Assembly (NCBI RefSeq): GCF_006345805.1
Contig: NC_042998.1
Location: 12,152,001 to 12,216,000 of the forward strand
Direction of reading: 5' to 3'
DNA length: 64,000 nt
From: Octopus sinensis
Taxonomy: Eukaryota
This document shows positions 54,716-64,000 of this stretch, one piece after another; the stretch's first letter is position 1; each line of letters begins with the position of its first letter. The position numbers and the translations under genes are program-made. Under the pieces are notes generated by a model that did no database searches, was not told where the DNA came from, and saw nothing but the letters and a program-made list of their open reading frames with translations.

Positions 54716-54873
54716 GTGAAATAGAAAGATGAATAATCTTGTAGTAGATTAATCAAAAGTTTAACCGATACCTTAGTAGCAAAAATCACAGCAGTGAACA
54801 GCACGGTTGGAGGTACAACCATCTGGCGTAGCAACCGTGCGTTGGTGCGGATAATTGAAATAAAACATTATTG

Positions 54874-55778
54874 GTGAATTGAAGAAATGGAGCTGAACGC
54901 AGATTGAACAGAAATCGTTTTATTTCATTCTACACGTGTTTCGAAAGGCACAAATTACCAAAATCCGATTGAATAATGGGACCATATTGTGTCTTTCTCT
55001 TCAGGAAGAAAAAGGAAATCCGTTGGAAAAACAAAAACAGAACAGAGGCAGAGCAAAAAACAAATCGAACTGTGCTCCTAAGAGCCCATGGCGAAACTGT
55101 TTATCAGTGTATGTTGAGAACCGGTGGCTGAAGAATTCAACAGGTCAGGCATCGGTCAAACATGTGGGTGAGGTGTATAGACGTTCTTTGTGACCGAGAA
55201 TAAAGTTCTGACTATTAAAGAATATTGGATGTTTTATAAGGGGCGAGAAAAAATCTACTTAGAGACGTGTGTGTGTGTATACTGTTCTATATATGTGTGT
55301 GTTGGCGTAGGGGTAGAAAACATTTTTTCTACCTCTACCCCTACGCCAACACACACATATATAGAACAGTATACACACACACACGTCTCTAAGTAGATTT
55401 TTCTCGCCCCTTATAAAACATCCAATATTCTTTAAATAGTCAGAACTTTATTCTCGGTCACAAAGAACGTCTATACACCCTCACCCACATGTTTGACCGA
55501 TGCCTGACCTGTTGAATTCTTCAGCCACCGGTTCTCAACATACACTGATAAACAGTTTCGCCATGGGCTCTTAGGAGCACAGTTCGATTTGTTTTTTGCT
55601 CTGCCTCTGTTCTGTTTTTGTTTTCCAACGGATTTCCTTTTTTCTTCCTGAAGAGAAAGACACAATATGGTCCCATTATTCAATCGGATTTTGGTAATTT
55701 GTGCCTTTCGAAACACGTGTAGAATGAAATAAAACGATTTCTGTTCAATCTGCGTTCAGCTCCATTTCTTCAATTCAC
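54874..55778. repeat. ~905-bp near-perfect palindrome (two ~445-bp arms, 16-nt spacer)
   Basis: 54874-55317 is the reverse complement of 55334-55778. The differences I could see are single-base indels in runs. Confidence 0.95.
55645..55724 (+). ncRNA. Type I hammerhead ribozyme, canonical core (mirror copy 54928-55007 on minus)
   Basis: TTC-CTGAAGA-G-AAAGACAC...GTGCCTTT-C-GAAA-CACGTGT-A-GAA. Helix III is the ACACGTGT palindrome with a GUA triplet. Confidence 0.75.
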
Positions 55779-56004
55779 AAATATATATATATATATATAT
55801 AGGGTGGCGAATATTCGTTATAAATATCCCCACCAGTGGCCCAGCATTTATAAAAAGTCAATAGATAACATATTCATATTTCAAAGTAGAAAATTACCCT
55901 TTAACAGGTAATTTTTACATGCTCCACAATTGTTGTTTTTGGCCGTGTTGGCTGCTATTTCTTGCATGTAAAAATTACCTGTTAAAGGGTAATTTTCTAC
56001 TTTG

Positions 56005-56092
<88 letters not shown>

Positions 56093-56423
56093 AAGAATAG
56101 CCTGTTGATATTGTTGAAATTCCAACGAAGGAGCCTTGGATCTATGTTAGAAACCAACTCTTTCTCTATTGGCAAGAAATATTGGAATAAAACTGAATAA
56201 TAACATCCATATATATATACATGTGCGTTCATATACATTTGTATACATGTACACACACACATGCACACGCATGCACACATGTACATACACATGAAAACAC
56301 ACAACACACACGTGTGTGTATGTGTATGAATGCGCCTGTTTTGGTGTAAAGGAATGCAAAGTCATACGCACCCACCCAAACACCCCCCCACACACACACA
56401 CACTCACACACACACACACACAC

Positions 56424-56473
<50 letters not shown>

Positions 56474-57251
56474 GTGTGTATATATGTGCGTATGTATATG
56501 ATGGGCTTCATTTAATTTCTGTCTTACAAATCGTTGGTCAACCCAGGGCTATAGTAGAAAATTTTATCTACGGAATCTCACAAACTTCTTACCACACAGC
56601 TATTCCATATGGAAACCACATACAACTAATTCCATGCTCAGTAACGCTTATCACTCCTCCGTTTACGAAATGTATTACTGAATAGAAAACTGTATCGTTC
56701 TTCCTGTAACGTTTCCTTTCAAATGCGGTATCTTCTTCAATAGCTATTCAAGAAAACTAATTGACAGATGTTCGTGCTAGCCATGTTATTATAAGATCAT
56801 ATTATGATCTGACATCAAAAGCAGAAATACTTCGATTCAGTCATACATGTATTTTATGAAGTTGTAACGACATTCAAATTTCCTCAAAAGATTTAGATTT
56901 ATCAATAAGCTTACTAAGAGCTAGAATTATATTTTTCCCCATTTCTTTTGTGGAACAATCAATATTCAGTGGTCTTCTTCATCATCCCCTAAGCTCTGAG
57001 TTTATTTTTAGAAGAATATGGTGAATCTATTATATAACACAGAGTGTGTTTGATAATGCATAATCTTATATTATGGACAAGGTAATTGTGGGAGAGAACA
57101 CCTAAGCATATAAAGGGTAATTATTTGATCAATGCCATCTGAATAACGAAAGAAAATGGTTTGTGAAGCTGGAGTTACATGAAGAACTGTTGAAAAAGCT
57201 ATAACGTTAACCATTCCGTGTTCCATTGGAATTTTGACAACATCAATGACG

Positions 57252-57300
57252 TAGTCAAGTATGAAATGATGTATGTATACATACAAACATATATGTATGC

Positions 57301-57347
<47 letters not shown>

Positions 57348-57460
57348 TATATATATATATATATATATACATGTATATATACATATATATATATAATATA
57401 TATATATATATACATGTACATATATATATATATTATATTATATATATATATGTACATGTG

Positions 57461-57555
<95 letters not shown>

Positions 57556-57604
57556 GCATACATATATGTTTGTATGTATACATACATCATTTCATACTTG
57601 ACTA
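57252..57604. repeat. Palindrome with unique ~50-bp arms and a self-complementary (TA)n core
   Basis: tagtcaagtatgaaatgatgtatgtatacatacaaacatatatgtatgcatg is mirrored at ~57550-57604. Confidence 0.85.
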
Positions 57605-57614
57605 TATATATATT

Positions 57615-57752
57615 GTGGAGGCGCAATAGCCCAGTGGTTAGGGCAGCTGACTCACGGTCGTAGGATCGCAGTTTCGATTCCTAGACCGGGCGTTGTGAGT
57701 GTTTATTGAGCGAAAACACCTTAAGATCCACGAAGCTCCGGCAGGGGGTGGT
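57615..57752 (+). mobile_element. SINE (family 3) 5' part
   Basis: Matches the reverse complement of 58875-59013. Confidence 0.8.
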
Positions 57753-58634
57753 AGCATTAACAGTTTTCTTATAACCAGGACATCAGGCCATAGGTATGGT
57801 ATTACATTAGTATGATGTTCAGACAACTACTTAATGATGTGTATGAAATATTTCTTGCTTCTTCTGCAGAGAATGTACCAGTTGCTGAATTTAGGCAATT
57901 TATTTGGATCCCTATCTTTTGTCTATGTTAGGAATTGCGTTACACCCATTTACAGTCCATAATAGGCTGCTCTGTTTATCGATGTTGCTGACATTATGAA
58001 GTTTTATGCTAATAATAAAACATAGTTGACTATCTATCTAGTAGTATACATATTTATTCATGCATGTATATATTAACTACTTATTTTTATTCAACTTACA
58101 CAGTCGATGAGAATAAACGCACTGGTTAACACGATGTAGTGTATGTCACCACTAGGATTCCTATTGCACTGTAAATTTATCAATTACGTTTTCGCTGCCA
58201 GATAGGAATGCTTGCTTAAAATATGCTTATGAAAGCTAAGTTTTGAAATAAGGATATGTCTGTCCTGTTACTTTTAGCGTCAGGCATAGGCTGTACTTTT
58301 GTCCTCAAACTGGAAACCTAACATGAATTTTCGGAACACGATGAACTCCACTAAATGCATACGACTTTCCACAAGTTTATTTCTTTCCCAAACTTTGATT
58401 TGAATGCCTTTCTTCACTAGTTGATACTACTGATTATTGCAGTCTTGAGGTTATATTATTTATATTTATTGAGTGATTTTCGTCCCCGCATGACTTGAAG
58501 TTATAGTTCTTGATGTAATTGAGAATTCGTGCCCCTCGTGCGTTTTGCGCTTCTGTAACCATGGAGACTACATTCGAATATCATCGTTGGTACAATCGTT
58601 TGCAGAATACAGTTATAACCTGGTTTGCGAAGGA

Positions 58635-59015
58635 TGGAAGCACTCCGTCGGTTACGACGATGAGGGTTCCGGTTGATCCGAATCAACGGAACAGCCTGCT
58701 CGTGAAATTAACGTGTAAGTGGCTGAGCACTCCACAGACACGTGTACCCTTAACGTAGTTCTCGGGGCTATTCAGCGTGACACAGAGAGTGACAAGGCCG
58801 GCCCCTTGAAATACAGGTACAACAGAAACAGGAAGTAAGAGAAAGTTGTGGTGAAAGACTACGCAGGGATCACCACCATCCCCTGCCGGAGCCTCGTGGA
58901 GCTTTTAGGTGTTTTCGCTCAATAAACACTCACAACGTCCGGTCTGGGAATCGAAACCGCGATCCTATGACCGCGAGTCCGCTGCCCTAACCACTGGGCC
59001 ATTGCGCCTCCACGA
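58635..59015 (-). mobile_element. Full-length tRNA-derived SINE (family 3) with TSD
   Basis: tRNA-like head with A box (tggcccagtgg) and B box (gtttcgattcc). 11-bp direct repeat TTTGCGAAGGA at 58624-58634 and 59016-59026. Confidence 0.9.
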
Positions 59016-60728
59016 TTTGCGAAGGAAACACTAAGTGTTAAGAAAATACACCTTGTTTTCCCATCATCATTGTTAAAACGGTGAGCACCTGAATGAGAGG
59101 CTGCATTGATATAAATTAAGAGTGTTTTCATCTCATCTGAAGAAGGTTTTCATTCAGTAAAACAACATCTACAAATATTCTTTACCTAATTTAAGACAAG
59201 ATACGGAGATTTTATTTTTAAAACTTTAAGTATTCCGCAGTAATGATTTCCAATACAATCCAGTTTCATCTTCAGTTGTGATAATCGGAGCTCTTTACTT
59301 TTAGTTAGGTCATTTAATCTCCTCCCGAATGGAACGATTCTCCGTTGAAGCGCTGTCTATAGGAAACAGTCTTACCCACTCAAAGTCAATCTTAAACTAG
59401 CTCCAAATTCTTACGGCCCATGTACCTCTCTCGGCAGTAGAAGTTTTTTTTCTACACCACTGACGTTGTTACATGATCGCAGGTGGATAAAAGGTTTCAT
59501 CATAACCCCACGCAATTTATTGCACCAGCAGATGATTTTGTAGTTGCTCAATTCAATAAAAATGCAATCCTTTAGTCCTTAAATTTGCGTGTATACGTGT
59601 GGCTCCTTTTTAGCACTATGATCTTTCGCCATTGAAGCCTCTAACTACCTTCTAAAATCCATTTGTGATTCACTGATGGAGATAATACGCTATGCGTAGG
59701 AGTATCATCTCCACTGAAAGCATGATAAAATTTGCGAGTCTGAAATGAGGAAAATCGAAAAAAAAAAAAGTGGATATTGCTTGGTAACAGAGCTGCTTTG
59801 CGTAAAGTGGTTATTGTTTTAGTGTGCACTGCCCTCTATAACTGAATATTTCTGGCATAGTTTAACTAACAAAGAAACACAAAGCTTTTTTCAATCAGAA
59901 AAATAAAACAGCAAATAAAGAGCAACATACAGGAAATTTCAACAAGTTAACATTCTATGGAATAACATTTGGATACAATGGAGCGTGATGAATCTGAGAC
60001 GAGAAGTACCGAAGTTAGTTTTCTCATCTTCTGAATGTGTAGTATTACGTTTGAAACTAAATTAGGAAATTTCATTGTAAAACGGTTGTGACAAAATTAT
60101 TATGAAGAAAAATTCAAAGAATTTCTCCATGCAAATACCCCCCCCCCATGTAAACGTATTTTTTTATCAGAGGAGTGAAACACATGGAAAAGCAAGTCGT
60201 ATATATTTGAAAATCAAATTATAAACAGAGATCAGTTAGGAGAGGAAGGGTGAATGAATTCACATGTTAGGGAGTTAAATGCTAAAGTGCTGGAAAGAAA
60301 AGGGACATATTTCTGTGAGGTGTGTAAAAGTTAATTATAAATACTATGTGTATTTATACGTAAGAAACGCAGACATACACATATATATATATGTATATGT
60401 ATATGATGGGCTTCTTTTAATTTCTGTCTACCAAACCCATTTACAAGTCTTTGGTCAGCTTTGAGCTATAGCAGAAGATTCTATCTACCGTATCTCACAA
60501 TGGATTTGAAACTGAAAATATGTTGTTAAAAAGCAAACTTCTTACCACACAGCTATGCCGTCTGTGGAAATCAAAACTATCCCTTTCTCTCTCTTTCTCT
60601 GTCTATCTATTTCTCTCTCTTTCCCGCTCTATCTCTTTCTCTCTCCTTCAGCTTTATGTAGTGCGGCTATAAAGACCTAGGTTCCTCTCAGTCATACCTT
60701 ATTAGTTTCCCATTCCTTTAACAGTCTT

Positions 60729-60880
60729 GTGGCCATTTTCAGGATCTGCACTAATCCCAACATCAAAATATTCCATCCCAGAACATTGACATTCTGGGAT
60801 TTCCTACCTTCTAATATCTCTTCCACAGATTTTTACTCTCACTGTTTCAAATTCAAACTTCATTGCATCAAATTCACTGT
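60729..60880 (+). pseudogene. CR1/L2-like LINE C-terminal relic
   Basis: IFHPRTLTFWDFLPSNISS...FKFKL resembles SFFPRTIxxWNxLPxxV...FKxxL. Confidence 0.45.
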
Positions 60881-62189
60881 TCAAGAAGACGCTGTAAAAG
60901 ATATGGGCACTGTCCCTTCCTCCTAGTAATACGCACACATACACACGCAGAAACACATGCATGTACATAAAAACACATTATGCGTGTGTATACGTGTATA
61001 TTAGTCTGCTTGTATATGTCAATGTGTATCTGCACATGTGTGTCAAGGAAGTTGTAAGAATTTTGCGTTAATTTATAGCATTCTAACAAAGCCCTTCAGA
61101 CTTCCTCTCTGTTTCATCAGTAAAACAAATCACAAAAAGTATTGAGTTTAGTTGTATGTTACAAATTTAAATATTTTATGGCTTCTAGAAATAATATCTA
61201 TACATTCAGCCTCGTATATTTCTAAAGACGTGGTCTGCATATTTATAAAAGAGTAGGAAATAATCCATAGAATATATTTAACTACCAAACAATTGAATAA
61301 CTTGTTTAAAAAGATAGTATATAAACAAAACTTCATATAATCTATAATTGCTTCTTTCTGGGGACTATTAGACGTGCTTTCCATGGAATATTATTTTGTA
61401 GGTCACTGTTTAAATTCCGTACGGTTGGCTTTAGACCAAATTCCTACTTGTTTTGGCTTATATATTCATATTATCATTGTATTTATTTTCGTTTTGTTTC
61501 TATTGCATCTTATTTTACCATTGGGTTAATAATGGCTGCCAACTCTATTTGACAGGACGGTTTTCAGGAAGTAAGCCTTGTAGGTAACTGAGCCAAATTT
61601 CATTTAATCGGCTCTCCACCTTTGGAAGTTATTTTTAAACTTCCTTTTAAAACTTGTCAGACAACTTAATTCTGTACCAACATAAATAACCGGCCCAAAA
61701 CGTATAGAATATACTCGATTCATGTAAAGCAAAAGTAAATATTTCCGAAGACTATAATTGACCACTAATTTACATTGACAAACCGACAGACAGTTTCAAT
61801 TAAATCTAAATGTTATTTGCTATTTCAGAGGATGAAACTAATCAGATTTCTAAAAAAAAGTCGATACACTGAATTAGGCGTAGCTTGCATCAAGACAAAA
61901 GGGGGCTTTCATATTCGTAATATTATACTTAAAGTAAATTAAACGGTTAGTTATTTAGGAATTTATTTGGTTTTTATATTTATTCGCACAAGTTTATTTT
62001 TGATTGACTTGAGAAGATCGTACATAAAGTTTCCTATTTTGCTTTGAAAGTTGCCTTCTACTTCTAAATAGTAGGGCGAGGATAATTATTTCAGAATACC
62101 TATTGCTTTTTCTACTTAGAACAACTATCTTGATAATAAAACTCACTAATATTGTTGTTTCTAGCACTGAAAAGGCATAAGCATTGGAG

Positions 62190-62330
62190 ATATACTCATA
62201 TTGAATGCTAACAGATCTGACTTCTATATCTTTCGAAGTCCGCTGAAGTATTCTTGTGTCACGCTGGCTGTGCTCACAGCATCAACATATAATATTCTCA
62301 TCAATTCCAAATTATTTACAACATTCATCG
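62190..62330 (-). pseudogene. Possible hAT transposase dimerisation-domain relic
   Basis: LMRILYVDAVSTASVTQEYFSGLRKI*KS resembles ILLxLPVSTASxERSFSxLRRIK. Confidence 0.35.
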
Positions 62331-62706
62331 CTGGTGACGCTGGAGATAGACAGGTCATTGGTTCCTTGCCTAGTCAACGTTTTTTTTTATCCTTTCGCAA
62401 CCAAATAAGAACATTTGTTCCGAGTAAAATCCAGTCATATTTTCAGGGAAAATCTGGAGACCAGATCTGTCTTTTGGTGCTATAAATATTACCTGAATAC
62501 AAAGTAAGGGCATCAACGAAATGACTGTGGTGAGCTTGACCTTTCTCTCATTTTCAGAGCCAATAATTTGACCTTTGTATTTCCTTGAGGGCTGGCCTGT
62601 AGTTCATTATTTGAAGGAAAATCCATGCTGAAATATTCCTGCTGATAGCCTATATATATAAAACTATGAGTGCATTCCATCTTATCACAGAAACAGGTGT
62701 GAGGTA

Positions 62707-62890
62707 ATGAAGGTCATTACATATTTTCTTGTCGTTTATATTCTCACAAACTACGCTCTGTACTCGATTATTTCTTTTCTCTGAAACATATGTAAATGGA
62801 GTACCGCTAGGTGCAATGTTATATTTACATACACTTATGTTCCAAACGTATACAAAAAACACAGAGACATGTGAAAGAACAACAAACAAG
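62707..62890 (+). pseudogene. Possible second decayed paralog of the Cys-rich secreted peptide
   Basis: Acceptor cttatcacag 16 nt before the ATG, then MKVITYFLVVYILTNYA (signal-like) LYSIISFL*NICKWSTARC. This gives C-x2-C-x6-C if the TGA was Cys; a shifted-frame CSKR follows. Confidence 0.3.
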
Positions 62891-63294
62891 GTTTACCTTA
62901 CACACACACACACACTCACACACACACTCACACACGCATGGACATGAGTAAGTATTTCATTTATATCTTACGTATTTATCGCTGACGAGGAGAAAATTCT
63001 TATTAATTAATTCTGAAATTGGGACGAATACGGTAATAACGGAATTTTTTAGAGATTTCTGTCGGCTTGTATCCAGACGTATTAATAATGATAAATTATA
63101 ATGGTTATTGACAATTTGTCTATTTTCGGAATATTTAGCATTAGAATTTTTTTTCTTTTATTATTTATAAATTTATAAATTGAACCTTTAAAGGTATTTT
63201 TTAAATATGCTGGCCATTGATAAAATTTTTTTCGAAAAATTTTATCCTATCTTACATATATATATATATTTATTTATATCGTAAACTATATTTG

Positions 63295-63665
63295 CCACCT
63301 AAATGTGGCTAACCCCTAAGGGTGGATGCTACTGTAGCTTGTATCCCCAGGAGAACACCTCCTCCAGCTGGCTATAGACACACTTTATGTGCCCTATCAG
63401 TATTTGCAAAGGGAATTCATCCTTCCCATCTTCAACCTATGATGCACACGGACTCGAGTTTCTGGGTATTGACCCGTCATCAGAGTGTGACAATCAATGG
63501 TTGTCGATGAAAAGAAGGCCTCCCTTTGCAAATATGTATCCTTTTTCCAGTGATGAAAAGTCGCTGATATCGAAAAAGTGTAAACAAGCAAAAATAAATC
63601 GTGCAGAAACTCGAGTCTGTGTGTATCATAGGTTGAAAACGGGAAGGATGGCTTCCCTAGCATAT
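63295..63665. mobile_element. Penelope-like repeat with inverted arms and hammerhead (63445-63489, minus)
   Basis: Arms ~63405-63463 and ~63602-63662. Minus strand: cacact-CTGATGA-c-GGGT-caat-ACCC-a-GAAA-CTCGAGT-C-cgtgtg, with helix III ACTCGAGT and a GUC triplet. Confidence 0.7.
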
Positions 63666-64000
63666 CTTTGTAGGAAAACATTAGATAAGGTAAATCTACG
63701 GATTGAAGTAGAAATGCCAAGACCTCTCATGAAATCCCTGATGTGTAGAGCTTATCCATTCAAAAGACTCTCATGTACAAAGAACAAAGAATAGTATGTA
63801 GGATCGTGCGCGTGTTTATTTGGAAAAGAAAATGGCCATCCCGAAATACTACAATATGTGTATGTGCGTATGTGTGAGTGCGTATGTGTGTGTGTGTTTG
63901 TATGTGTGTGTCTGCGTGTGTGTGTATTTATAAATATGTATATATGTATCTTTGAATTCGTGCAATGTTATACTTAACACGTTCCAGTGAATTCGGCAAT

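Noticed and set aside
54936-55716. Twin 85-aa and 81-aa ORFs starting MFRKAQITK
   Set aside because: They are mirror products of the palindrome, start at non-ATG codons inside the hammerhead region, and resemble no protein I know.

Overview
AT-rich, microsatellite-dense eukaryotic DNA. The tRNA-derived SINE families, (TA)n/(CA)n/(AAT)n/(GATA)n tracts and RTE/Penelope content are consistent with a coleoid cephalopod such as Octopus; this assignment is inferred, not searched. Most long ORFs in the supplied track are microsatellite artefacts. Supported content: (1) one convincing host CDS, an 80-aa secreted six-cysteine peptide (24977-25219, minus strand) behind a strong splice acceptor, plus two decayed look-alikes with related Cys spacing (~37.6-37.9 kb and ~62.7-62.9 kb). 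(2) A full-length RTE-clade LINE (~28.7-32.6 kb, minus strand) whose ORF is broken only by single-base frameshifts. (3) DNA-transposon relics: mariner/maT, pogo with a PHD finger, Tc1, and hAT and mariner MITEs. (4) R4/Dong-type endonuclease relics and a ~555-bp element nested in (AAT)n as a duplicated dimer. (5) About 13 minimal type I hammerhead-ribozyme motifs with palindromic helix III, mostly in inverted or tandem Penelope-like repeats. These include a G3-C8 core variant and a ~900-bp palindrome with one ribozyme on each strand.
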